From Actinomycetota bacterium (GTDB taxonomy: Bacteria > Actinomycetota > Acidimicrobiia > Spongiisociales > ZC4RG35): DNA of 62,321 nt. Each line of letters opens with the position of its first letter. The first letter of the stretch is position 1. This document shows, one piece after another, positions 1 to 8,614 of the stretch. The notes below the pieces were generated by a model that saw nothing but the letters and a program-made list of their open reading frames with translations, made no database searches and had not been told where the DNA came from. The DNA is taken from positions 1-62,321 of the forward strand of contig JBQTHI010000047.1 in assembly GCA_052390035.1 (NCBI GenBank), written 5' to 3'. A program made the position numbers and the translations under genes.

Positions 1-354
1 GTTCATGTCATCTTGTGTGTGTCGGAGGGCGCCTACCACCGCCGGTATCAGGAGGCCGACAAACTCGATCCCGACGGAAAAGAAATGGAGTGGCCCATTC
101 CCTATTGGTGGATCGACGGAGGTGCGGCGATGATGCTCCTCCTCATGGCGGCGGTGAACGAAGGCCTGGCGGCCGGTTTCTTCGGCACCCACGCTTTGGA
201 GGGATTACGAAGTCTGCTACAGATTCCCGAAGACCACACCCCGTTTGGCATCGTCACCATCGGCAGGTCGGCGCCCGACCGGCGGTCTGGTTCGCTGAAA
301 CGTGGTTGGAAACCGTCTGGCACGGTGATCCGCCGGGAATCCTGGTCAGGTTAA
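1..354 (+). CDS. Nitroreductase family protein, 5'-truncated by window edge
   Basis: Frame open from base 1 (VHVILCVSEGAY...). PYWWIDGGAAMMLLLMAAVNEGLAAGFFG and GIVTIG match the C-terminal half of nitroreductase-family proteins. Confidence 0.75.
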   Translation, partial: VHVILCVSEGAYHRRYQEADKLDPDGKEMEWPIPYWWIDGGAAMMLLLMAAVNEGLAAGFFGTHALEGLRSLLQIPEDHTPFGIVTIGRSAPDRRSGSLKRGWKPSGTVIRRESWSG

Positions 355-399
355 AGAGTTGTAACGCCGATAATCCAGGTAAGACTTTGGTTTTGAAGC

Positions 400-1098
400 A
401 TGAAGCACCGATCAGACCCAAGCCAAGACCTGCGGAGCCTGGCCGATCATCTCCGGGCCCGGACCCGTCCGGAGGCGGCGGCGCAGGCGGCCTCGGTCGC
501 GGTCAAGAGCCGCGCCAAGCCTCCGATTCGGCCGCATCGGGTGATACTTGCCGCCGCCCTCGTGGTCGTCCTTTCCAATGTCGGGGTGGCGGCCCTCGCC
601 AACTCGGCGGTTCCCGGGGACTTCTGGTATGGGCAAGATCGCGGGTACGAATGGCTGCTCGACCACTTTGTCCCATCCGATCATGCCGACGAGCGGCTCG
701 CCGAGGCGAGGGTACTGGCCGAGCGGGGCGACTCGGAAGAAGCGTTGAGCCTGGTCGCCGAGGTGGTCGGCCAGTCGGTGGGCCAGTCGGCGGGCCAGTC
801 GGTTTCGGTGGAAAGCGTGCGAGCGGCGGCGTCGCTGGCTGCCAACGCCCAGAGCTCGGCGGTTCAGATCGAGGTTTTGGAACTAATAGAAACCGCCACC
901 GACCTGAGAAACGTGGCCAAGTCCGGCAACCTCTTGGCACTCAAAGAAGCCATCGAGCAGCTTCATGACGCCGCCAGAGATGTCGCCGAGACCGCCAGCG
1001 ACGGCAAGGCCGGTGGACGACGGAACGAGACTGGTCGGCCGGGAGGTCCCCCCGGCAGCCCCGGGCGGGGCAATTCGCCCAACAGCCAGCAGCCATAA
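400..1098 (+). CDS. Membrane-anchored DUF5667-like protein, putative anti-sigma factor
   Basis: Short N-terminus, a single TM segment (VILAAALVVVLSNVGVAALA), then SAVPGDFWYGQDRGYE resembling the DUF5667 (S/A)LPGDxLYxxKR motif. Adjacent to an ECF sigma factor. Confidence 0.55.
   Translation: MKHRSDPSQDLRSLADHLRARTRPEAAAQAASVAVKSRAKPPIRPHRVILAAALVVVLSNVGVAALANSAVPGDFWYGQDRGYEWLLDHFVPSDHADERLAEARVLAERGDSEEALSLVAEVVGQSVGQSAGQSVSVESVRAAASLAANAQSSAVQIEVLELIETATDLRNVAKSGNLLALKEAIEQLHDAARDVAETASDGKAGGRRNETGRPGGPPGSPGRGNSPNSQQP
769..804 (+). repeat. Three 12-bp-period tandem units (core GGCCAGTCGG) encoding VGQS-VGQS-AGQS
   Basis: GGCCAGTCGG at 769, 781 and 793. Confidence 0.8.
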
Positions 1099-1126
1099 GC
1101 TGTCCCGGATGATCGGGCGGAGGGGG

Positions 1127-1693
1127 ATGAGGTCAGAACCACCTCCAACCGAGACGGTCAGATGGCCCCCAGTCGCCTCACGCGTGGCGGCCGCCGTATC
1201 CGGCGATCCGGAGGCCCTCACCGAGATCCTGGCGACCGGCTACCCCCGGGTGGTGGCTTTTTATCTAGGAGCCGGGCTCGACAGCCATGCAGCCGACGAG
1301 TTGGCGGCCGAAACGGCCGAAGCGGTGGTGGCGGGGATAAGGCGGTTGCGGGCGCCGCAAGCGTTTGAAGCCTGGTTCTGGTCCGTGGCCCGCAACAAGC
1401 TCCGCACCCTATTCCGGAAGAGGAGGAACACAGAGCCGATCGAAGCGATGATCTCCCCGCCCAGCCCGGAAGAGCTGTCGATCGAACGTGAGGAGCACCG
1501 AAGGATCATCGCCGCCCTGAATCGTCTCTCCACCAAGGACCGTGTCCTTCTTTGGTTACGCGAGGTCGAGGGACTTGATTATCAAGAGATCGGTGGTCGG
1601 ATGGGATTCACCGCTGGCACCGTCCGAGTGGCGGTACATCGGGCGCGCCGCCGGCTGGAGGCCATCTACCTGGAGGAAGAGCCGCCCGGGTGA
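1127..1693 (+). CDS. ECF RNA polymerase sigma-70 factor
   Basis: Region 2 (AFEAWFWSVARNKLR) and region 4 (LREVEGLDYQEIG...GTVRVAVHRARRRL). ATG at 1127 follows GGAGGGGG. Confidence 0.9.
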   Translation: MRSEPPPTETVRWPPVASRVAAAVSGDPEALTEILATGYPRVVAFYLGAGLDSHAADELAAETAEAVVAGIRRLRAPQAFEAWFWSVARNKLRTLFRKRRNTEPIEAMISPPSPEELSIEREEHRRIIAALNRLSTKDRVLLWLREVEGLDYQEIGGRMGFTAGTVRVAVHRARRRLEAIYLEEEPPG

Positions 1694-2442
1694 TCACCTC
1701 GGCCTCCAACCCGGAGATCAGAGCCGTCGCTTCACTCCATCGACGGTCCGAACGGGACAAAACCAAAACGTTTCTGATCGAAGGCGCCAGAGAAATCGAC
1801 CAGGCGCTGGCCGCCGGACTCGACCTCCTTGAGGTCTACTTCCTACCCGGCGTGAAAGTGCCGACCGGCATCGGAAGGGCGGTCGAAGTTGGACCAGCGG
1901 CCTTCGAGAAGATCGCCTACGGACGGGATGGAATCGTGGCCGTGGCGAAACAGCCCGTCTGGAATCTCGAAATGCTCGAGCTCGCCGCACCCGCGCTGGT
2001 GCTGGTGGCCGAAGCCATCGAGAAGCCCGGCAACCTTGGGGCCATCATGCGGACGGCGGAGGCCGCCGGGGCATCGGTGATCGTCGCCAACCCCTTGACC
2101 GACTTAGGCAATCCCAACGTTGTGAGAGCATCGCTGGGGGGGTTGTTCAGCATTCCCGTGGCCCAATCGTCGACCGAAGACGCCATCGACTATCTACGTT
2201 CCCATGGCGTCGCCATCGCCGCCGCCATACCCGATGGTGGCCACCCCCCCTGGCAAGAGGACCTTCGAGGGCCCATCGCCCTGGTAGTGGGCAGTGAAGA
2301 CCGGGGTTTGTCCCCGCCATGGCTGGAGGTGGCTTCGGTGAAGCTGACCATTCCCATCTCCGGCCGGCTCGATTCCTTGAACACCTCGGTGGCCGCCGCC
2401 GTCCTCCTTTACGAGGTGGTGCGGCAGCGTCAGCGAATGTGA
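1690..2442 (+). CDS. TrmH/SpoU family RNA 2'-O-methyltransferase
   Basis: ITSASNP N-terminus; IEKPGNLGAIMRTAEAAG, VGSEDRG and DSLNTSVAAAVLLYE SPOUT motifs. Confidence 0.92.
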   Translation: MITSASNPEIRAVASLHRRSERDKTKTFLIEGAREIDQALAAGLDLLEVYFLPGVKVPTGIGRAVEVGPAAFEKIAYGRDGIVAVAKQPVWNLEMLELAAPALVLVAEAIEKPGNLGAIMRTAEAAGASVIVANPLTDLGNPNVVRASLGGLFSIPVAQSSTEDAIDYLRSHGVAIAAAIPDGGHPPWQEDLRGPIALVVGSEDRGLSPPWLEVASVKLTIPISGRLDSLNTSVAAAVLLYEVVRQRQRM

Positions 2443-2456
2443 GCCCTCCGGTGAGC

Positions 2457-2506
2457 CGAACCCAGGGCTCCAGCCAACGAGATCATTGGCTGGAGCCCAG
2501 GGTTCG
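2457..2506. terminator. 21-bp inverted repeat (1 mismatch, 8-nt loop): terminator-like or REP-like hairpin
   Basis: CGAACCCAGGGCTCCAGCCAA (2457-2477) / TTGGCTGGAGCCCAGGGTTCG (2486-2506), just downstream of the TrmH stop. No clear U-tract. Confidence 0.55.
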
Positions 2507-2521
2507 CTGGAAAGCTTGAAA

Positions 2522-2537
2522 TCGAACGCCTGTTCGG
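2522..2537. promoter_or_regulatory. LexA (SOS) box
   Basis: TCGAAC-GCCT-GTTCGG matches the actinobacterial consensus TCGAAC-N4-GTTCGA. It lies 15 bp upstream of a DNA-repair nuclease gene. Confidence 0.8.
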
Positions 2538-2552
2538 CCTAGCCTCTTTCCA

Positions 2553-4205
2553 GTGGGCATCGCCGGCCATACCAGTCTCCCAAGTCTTGACCTCGAAGAT
2601 GGTGGCAAACCGCTTTACGACGTGTCGTTTTGTGTGCTCGACCTGGAAACCACCGGAGGATCGCCGCGCGACTGCGCTATCACCGAAATCGGGGCCGTGA
2701 AGTACCGAGGCGGTGAGGTGACCGGGACATTTCAGACGCTGGTCAATCCCGGTGTGGGCATCCCCCCATTTATCACCATCCTGACCGGCATCACCGAAGT
2801 CATGGTCCGCGAGGCTCCTGGGTTGGCGGCGGTCCTCCCAACCTTTCTCGAATTCTGCCGTGGTGCCGTCCTGGTCGGTCACAACATCAGCTTCGACCTG
2901 TCATTTCTCGACACCGCCTCCCGCCGTCTCGGTTACCCACTGGCAGGTTCGGAACCAGAGGGCCGGCGCAGCGTTGACACGGTCCGCCTGGCGCGCCGGC
3001 TGATCCGCCCGGAGGTTCGTGACCTCACGCTGGCGACACTCGCCACCCACTTCCGCTCGCCGGTGCCGCCCATCCACCGGGCGCTCGACGATGCCAGGGC
3101 AACTGCCCATGTCTTTCACTCGCTCTTGGAAGTGGCGGGGACGTTGGGGGTAACCGGCTTGGACGATTTACTTCAACTCCCCACCGCCCGCGGTGCGTCC
3201 CATTACTCGAAAATCTCCCTCGCCGATGGTCTGCCGCGTCGAGCAGGGGTTTATTTGTTCCTCGACCGGGACGGTGAGGTCATCTACGTTGGAAAGGCAG
3301 ACAATCTTCGTACCCGTGTACGCAGTTATTTCTATGGCGATGAGCGGCGGCGGGTCGCCGACATGCTCCGCCAGCTGCACCGTATCGAGCACCGGGCCTG
3401 CGTCAATTCGCTGGAGGCCGAAGTCACCGAGCTGAGACTGATCCATGCCTATCGCCCCCGGTTCAACCAACGTTCCCGCCCACCCCGGCGCGAGCTCTTT
3501 CTCAAGTTGACCGACGAGAGATATCCCCGCTTCAGTCTTGTCCACAAGTTTGGGGTTAACGCCCTCTGGTGGCTCGGACCGTTCCGAAGCAAGGCCGCCG
3601 GCGATCTCGTGTTGGAAGCGGTATGGGCGGCCACCCCGGTGAGGAGATGCCGGGGTGGCACCGGTTCCCGGACCGGGCTGTGTGCACCGGCCCAGCTCGG
3701 AGTGGCTTCCTGCCCTTGTACAGGTGAAGTAGACGCCGTTGCCTATCGGGCAATGGTGGACGAACTCATCCGCTGGTCCACCCATGCCCCTGGGCGCCTG
3801 CTCGAACCACTCGAGCTCAAGATGCGGCGATTGGCGGCCGACCGTCGATTCGAGGAGGCAGCGTCCATGCGCGACCGTCACCGGGCGCTCGCCCGGGCCC
3901 TGGAACGGAGGCTCGCCTGGCAGTCGCTGGTCGGTGCCGGGCGGATCGAATTGGAAGGAATCGACGGCGATCGGGTGCTGGTAGAACAGGGGCGGCTGAC
4001 GGGCGCGTGGAGGTTTACCGATCAGCCGCCTCTGATCGGACCGGAACATCACGGTCCACCCGACCCGGTGCCACCCACCGTGGGAACCGCGGAAGAAGCC
4101 CATCTGATCTGGAAGTGGATGACCGCAGGTGGCGTCCGGGTCATTGATTCGAGCGGACCACTGTTTCTCCCCGCTTCGCCGATCCCTCATCTGCGGGCGG
4201 CATGA
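2553..4205 (+). CDS. DEDDh 3'-5' exonuclease (DnaQ-like) fused to GIY-YIG/UvrC-like endonuclease (Rv2191-like)
   Basis: VLDLETTG, GHNISFD and HRALDDA exonuclease motifs; GVYLF...IYVGKADNLRTRVRSYF GIY-YIG; UVR-like LAADRRFEEAASMRDR. Confidence 0.9.
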   Translation: MGIAGHTSLPSLDLEDGGKPLYDVSFCVLDLETTGGSPRDCAITEIGAVKYRGGEVTGTFQTLVNPGVGIPPFITILTGITEVMVREAPGLAAVLPTFLEFCRGAVLVGHNISFDLSFLDTASRRLGYPLAGSEPEGRRSVDTVRLARRLIRPEVRDLTLATLATHFRSPVPPIHRALDDARATAHVFHSLLEVAGTLGVTGLDDLLQLPTARGASHYSKISLADGLPRRAGVYLFLDRDGEVIYVGKADNLRTRVRSYFYGDERRRVADMLRQLHRIEHRACVNSLEAEVTELRLIHAYRPRFNQRSRPPRRELFLKLTDERYPRFSLVHKFGVNALWWLGPFRSKAAGDLVLEAVWAATPVRRCRGGTGSRTGLCAPAQLGVASCPCTGEVDAVAYRAMVDELIRWSTHAPGRLLEPLELKMRRLAADRRFEEAASMRDRHRALARALERRLAWQSLVGAGRIELEGIDGDRVLVEQGRLTGAWRFTDQPPLIGPEHHGPPDPVPPTVGTAEEAHLIWKWMTAGGVRVIDSSGPLFLPASPIPHLRAA

Positions 4206-4254
4206 GCGACCGGCCCGAAGGGGGGCAACCACGGGCACCTACCATCGCCCGTCC

Positions 4255-6300
4255 ATGCGTTTTGTCGTCAGGAAAGGGACGGATCCGGTCGCCCGCGCCG
4301 ACGGAACCCTTCTCAAAGCCCTGGGTCTGCCCTTTGGCGGCGTCTTGAAGGTGGGCAAGACCCATGTGCTCGTCCGGGCAGGAGCAACCTCGGAGTCAAC
4401 CGCCATCTATCTCGGTCCGTTCAGCCTGAGCAACTCCGGTACAAGCGAAGGGCAGCCGGTCGATGGGGTGAGGGCGGTATTAGGGGCGGCCAGCGTCGTC
4501 GTTGTGGATGGCGATCAGCTGCCCATCGATGGCAAGGTGTTGGTCCGCAGCCTGCAAGGCCGTCCCCTCACCAGTGGCGACAGGGTCGAAGTCGACGGGT
4601 CGTATCTGGGAAGGAGCGAGCCGCTCCCCTTGTCGATTCGATCCGTGGAACCCGGCGGGGCGGGCCTGGTCGGAGCCGGGACCCGGTTCATCGGGAGCAA
4701 AGAGCCGCTACCTCTTGGCGAGAAGCCGACAACGACAGCGCCCGCCCAAGCCGACCGGGAGCAGCCAGCGCAGGCCATCACACCCCCGGCTCCCGCCGGC
4801 CCCACCACCGCCGAGGCGTTACTGGCGGGTCTTGATGCCGAGCGAGACCTCCTCGGTGGATGGCTATCTCTGCTCACCTCCCATGAGAATCTTCCGGCCG
4901 CCTGGGGTCTGCCGCGGGTGGCGGGCATCATCCTCGAGGGGCGGCAGGGCTGCGGGAAGTCGGAACTGGTGGAGGCCGCCGCCCTCGAATGTGGGGTCAA
5001 GGTTCACGAGATCGTGGTCGACACCGTGTTCAAACCGGAGCGGTTGTTAGACCTGCTCGAGGCGGCGGTGAAGATTCCCGGTCCCGCCGTCATCTTCGTT
5101 GACCGTCTGGAGGCGGTGGCTGGGGACGAGGGATTAGCGCCGTTCCGCACCCAGGTGGGAGCCGTGTTGCGATGGTTCCTCGACGCCGTCGCCGAGAAGG
5201 TGGGTCTGGCCTGTGTGCTAGGGGTCACGTCGAAATCGAACCTCGACCCGGCGATCGCCGCCAGTCCGCTCCTTCCCCGTTCGCTGTCCATTCCCCCGCC
5301 CGACCTGAACCGTCGAAGGCTCCTCTTCGAAGCCGCCCTGGCCCGGGTTCCCACCGACGACATCGACTTTGACATGCTGGCCGGGCGGTCGGCGGGGTTC
5401 TCGGGCACCGATGTCATCGCCAGCGTGATCCACGCCTCCACCCGCCTGGCCCGAGCCGGAGGAAAGCTCTCCACCGACGACCTGGTCGAGGCGATCCGGG
5501 ACACCACGCCGTCGCTCGGCTCTCTCTCCCTTGGAGAGATGCCGAACTATGGCTTTGACAAGGTCGCCAATCTGGCCGAGGTCAAACAGCGGCTGATCGA
5601 GGCGGTGGTCTGGCCGATCACCGAGCCGGGACGGTTCGAAGCAATGGGTATCGACCCTCCCCGGGGAATCCTCCTTTACGGCCCACCAGGCACCGGCAAG
5701 ACGTTTGTGGTGCGAGCGCTTGCCCACGAGGCGGGTGCCGCCTTTTTCCCGGTCAAAGGTGCCGAGCTGCTCGACAAATACGTCGGCGAGTCCGAGCGGG
5801 GTGTGCGAGAGGTGTTCACCAGGGCGCGGGCCGCCGCCCCCTCGATCATCTTCTTCGACGAGATCGATGCGCTGGCTCCGGTGCGCGGGCGCTCGACGAC
5901 CAACGTCACCGACTCGGTGGTTGCAGCCCTGTTGACCGAGATGGATGGGATCACCGATCGGGGCAACGTCGCGGTGATCGGCGCCACCAACCGCGCCGAC
6001 CTCATCGATCCGGCTCTGCTCCGGGCGGGTCGCTTTGAGACGCAGATCGAGTTGGGCCTACCCGATGAAGAGGCGAGGCGCGCCCTGATCGAGCTCTCCG
6101 ACGTGCCGTTTGACCCCGAGGTTGACCGCCAGCGGCTGGCAAGTGTCACCGAAGGCATGTCGATGGCGGACCTTGCCGGTGTCCTGCGCGAGGCGGCGCT
6201 CACTGCTCTTCGCCAGGATCGCAACGCCCGCCAGGTTTCGTGGCCCCACCTGGTCGCCTCCATCGAAAGATGGCAGCGAGGCAAGGCCGCCGCCGGCTGA
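4255..6300 (+). CDS. Cdc48/p97-like tandem AAA+ ATPase (actinobacterial Cpa-like)
   Basis: N-domain plus two AAA modules: D1 GRQGCGKS with degenerate Walker B (VIFVDRLE); D2 GPPGTGKT, IIFFDEID and SRH ATNRADLIDPALLRAGRF. Confidence 0.85.
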   Translation: MRFVVRKGTDPVARADGTLLKALGLPFGGVLKVGKTHVLVRAGATSESTAIYLGPFSLSNSGTSEGQPVDGVRAVLGAASVVVVDGDQLPIDGKVLVRSLQGRPLTSGDRVEVDGSYLGRSEPLPLSIRSVEPGGAGLVGAGTRFIGSKEPLPLGEKPTTTAPAQADREQPAQAITPPAPAGPTTAEALLAGLDAERDLLGGWLSLLTSHENLPAAWGLPRVAGIILEGRQGCGKSELVEAAALECGVKVHEIVVDTVFKPERLLDLLEAAVKIPGPAVIFVDRLEAVAGDEGLAPFRTQVGAVLRWFLDAVAEKVGLACVLGVTSKSNLDPAIAASPLLPRSLSIPPPDLNRRRLLFEAALARVPTDDIDFDMLAGRSAGFSGTDVIASVIHASTRLARAGGKLSTDDLVEAIRDTTPSLGSLSLGEMPNYGFDKVANLAEVKQRLIEAVVWPITEPGRFEAMGIDPPRGILLYGPPGTGKTFVVRALAHEAGAAFFPVKGAELLDKYVGESERGVREVFTRARAAAPSIIFFDEIDALAPVRGRSTTNVTDSVVAALLTEMDGITDRGNVAVIGATNRADLIDPALLRAGRFETQIELGLPDEEARRALIELSDVPFDPEVDRQRLASVTEGMSMADLAGVLREAALTALRQDRNARQVSWPHLVASIERWQRGKAAAG

Positions 6301-6345
6301 ACGACCCTCTCCCGATAACCACCGACGGCCGATACCTTGGTCCCG

Positions 6346-7335
6346 ATGGAGAGGTCGAATCGCTGGCCCACCTCGGCCTTAGCCGTCAGCCTGACGGTGG
6401 CGGTCTTGCTCATCCTGTCACTGGTGGCCGGAGCGATCGCCTTCTGGCGGGTGGGGCGGGTGAACGCCGAGCTCGACTCGTTGCGCACCGAACTGGCCGC
6501 CGCCGAAGATCGGATCGCCTCACTCGAGTCAGAATTGGAGGCGTCCGGCACCCGGGGGAGCCCCGGTTGGGGGCTGGAGGACCTGCTGGGTGGGCTCTTG
6601 GGTGATGGCGATCTATCGGGGATCGAGGATCTCTTGCGGGGACTGCTCGGTGGCGAGGACGGGAGCTCGAGCGGTGGATTGGGCGACCTGGGTGGGCTGT
6701 TAGGAGGCGACCTGGCCTCCTGCCTCCTCGGAAGTGGCACCAGATACGAGATCAGCAACGCCGGCATCGACCTTCAAGTCGCAGAGGTGACCAAGGCCAT
6801 CGAAGAGATCCGCGCCCTCGAGTTCCCGAGCCCGGTGGTCCCGACGTTCGTTTCGTCCAAGGAGATGGCAGATCGCATCCGCCGGCTGATCACCGAGACC
6901 TACCCGGCGGAGCTGGTGGAGTTCGATACCCGGCTGCTGACAGCACTGCGGATGCTCGAGCCGGGTTATGACCTTCTGGCCGCCCAAATCGACCTGCTCG
7001 ACACGGGAGTGGCCGGCTATTACGACCAGGCCACCGGTGAACTGGTCGTGGCCACTCCCAGCCTCGACAATTCGCCCGCCGATTCGTTGGGCGCCATCGA
7101 TCAACTCACGCTGGCGCACGAGCTCATCCACGCTTTGACCGACTCTCGGCTCGATTTTCCCGCCATCATCGACAACCCGCTTGCCGATCCCGACCAGGCT
7201 CGCGCAGTGCAGGCATTGATCGAGGGCGACGCCACGCTCGGCATGCAGCGGTTTTCGCTGGCCGCCCTCGATCCCGCCGACCAAATCGGCATGATGTTCG
7301 ACCCGAGGGTGACCGGGGCGAAAATTGGAGAGTGA
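6346..7335 (+). CDS. Membrane-anchored putative zinc metalloprotease (HExxH), N-terminal part of a frameshifted gene
   Basis: TM segment, coiled coil, Leu/Gly-rich linker, then VAGYYD...LTLAHELIHALTD...ALIEGDAT. Confidence 0.65.
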   Translation: MERSNRWPTSALAVSLTVAVLLILSLVAGAIAFWRVGRVNAELDSLRTELAAAEDRIASLESELEASGTRGSPGWGLEDLLGGLLGDGDLSGIEDLLRGLLGGEDGSSSGGLGDLGGLLGGDLASCLLGSGTRYEISNAGIDLQVAEVTKAIEEIRALEFPSPVVPTFVSSKEMADRIRRLITETYPAELVEFDTRLLTALRMLEPGYDLLAAQIDLLDTGVAGYYDQATGELVVATPSLDNSPADSLGAIDQLTLAHELIHALTDSRLDFPAIIDNPLADPDQARAVQALIEGDATLGMQRFSLAALDPADQIGMMFDPRVTGAKIGE

Positions 7336-7897
7336 ATCGGTTCCGTACGTGCTGTCGAGCGCCCTCCAGCTCCCCTACCTCGAGGGCATGAGCTTCGCCT
7401 GTTCTCTCTTCGCCGCCGGCGGTTGGGAGAAGGTCGATTCTGCTTACGACCGGCCTCCCACCACCACTGCCCATGTCCTGTTCCCCGAGCTTTATCTCAC
7501 GGGTTGGCAACCGGCCCAACCGGCGACGGCGGGGTCCCCGGGTGCCGGCTGGACCGAGCTTCGAACAACAAATTTCGGCGCCATCGACCTTCTGGTGCTC
7601 TTCTCTGCCCCCGGTGACGATCCCTCCCTCCACCTGTCCGGTGCCCGGGACCGGGTCAAAAGTTGGGGCGGTGGAGAGGTGGCGGTGTGGACCCGCGGCG
7701 ACGAGACGGCCGTTTCGGTGTCCCTCATCGACCGCGGCGAGGGCCCGGTGCCCCTGTGCGATTCGATGCGGACGTGGGCCGAAGCCGCCTTTCATACGCC
7801 GGGAGGATCGGTTGAGGTCGAGTGCGACCGGACCCAGATTCTGGTCGGGATCGGACCCGACCAATCCATCGCCGCTGGCTTCGACCTTCGCTCCTGA
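7325..7897 (+). CDS. C-terminal part of the frameshifted metalloprotease
   Basis: PYVLSSALQLPYLEGMSF...YDRPPTTTAHVLFPELY is the usual continuation of this family after the EGDAT motif. It overlaps the upstream ORF in another frame at an A4 run. Confidence 0.6.
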   Translation: MESESVPYVLSSALQLPYLEGMSFACSLFAAGGWEKVDSAYDRPPTTTAHVLFPELYLTGWQPAQPATAGSPGAGWTELRTTNFGAIDLLVLFSAPGDDPSLHLSGARDRVKSWGGGEVAVWTRGDETAVSVSLIDRGEGPVPLCDSMRTWAEAAFHTPGGSVEVECDRTQILVGIGPDQSIAAGFDLRS

Positions 7898-7909
7898 CGA
7901 GGCGGGAAG

Positions 7910-8611
7910 CTATCCCGCTACGGCCAGCGCCTCGCCCAAGGTGAATCTGTCCTCGTAGAGCGCCCGCCCGATGACGACCGCGTCACAACCAGCGGCAACA
8001 AGCTCGCCCAGGTCGTCCAGACCGCCCACTCCCCCGGAGGCGATGATCGAAAACTCGGGTGCGCTGCTGCGGACCTCGTTGATCAGGTCGAGGTCGGGTC
8101 CCTCCAGGGTGCCATCGCGAGCGATGGCCGTCACCAGCACCCGACCGATTCCCGCCTCCCGGATCCCGGCGATTACCCGGCCCAGGTCGTTTCCCTGGCC
8201 CGCCCAGCCGTGCCCCCGGGCCTCTCCTTCGGCCACATCGACTGCGGCGATGACCCGGTCGGGATCACCTACCTCGGCCAGCAGCCGCGGCCGGTGCACC
8301 GCCGTGGTTCCCATCACCACCCGGATCGCCCCGGCGGCGAGGGCGCTTCGGGCGGTCGCCACCTCCCTGATCCCGCCGCCCACCTGGAACGGCACCCCGG
8401 CACGCGCCATTCGATGCCACAGGGCCGGGTCCGGCGACCCTTTTCGCGCCCCGGCCAGGTCGACGAGGTGAACCAGCGACGCACCTTGCGCGATCCACTC
8501 CGAGGCGGCCGCCACCGGATCTTCTCGGTAGACGGTGACGGCATCAAATGAGCCGCGGAGCAAGCGGACGACGCGTCCATCGAGCACATCGACAGCCGGT
8601 ATGACATCCAC
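7910..8611 (-). CDS. hisA: ProFAR isomerase HisA
   Basis: VIPAVDVLDGRVVRLLRG, HLVDLAGA, QVGGGIR, TAIARDGTLEGPD and IASGGV motifs. Confidence 0.92.
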   Translation of the reverse strand: MDVIPAVDVLDGRVVRLLRGSFDAVTVYREDPVAAASEWIAQGASLVHLVDLAGARKGSPDPALWHRMARAGVPFQVGGGIREVATARSALAAGAIRVVMGTTAVHRPRLLAEVGDPDRVIAAVDVAEGEARGHGWAGQGNDLGRVIAGIREAGIGRVLVTAIARDGTLEGPDLDLINEVRSSAPEFSIIASGGVGGLDDLGELVAAGCDAVVIGRALYEDRFTLGEALAVAG

Positions 8612-8614
8612 CCG

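Noticed and set aside
6560-6720. GLEDLLGGLL-type repeats as a DNA repeat or CRISPR-like array
   Set aside because: Degenerate protein-level low-complexity linker with no conserved nucleotide repeat/spacer structure.
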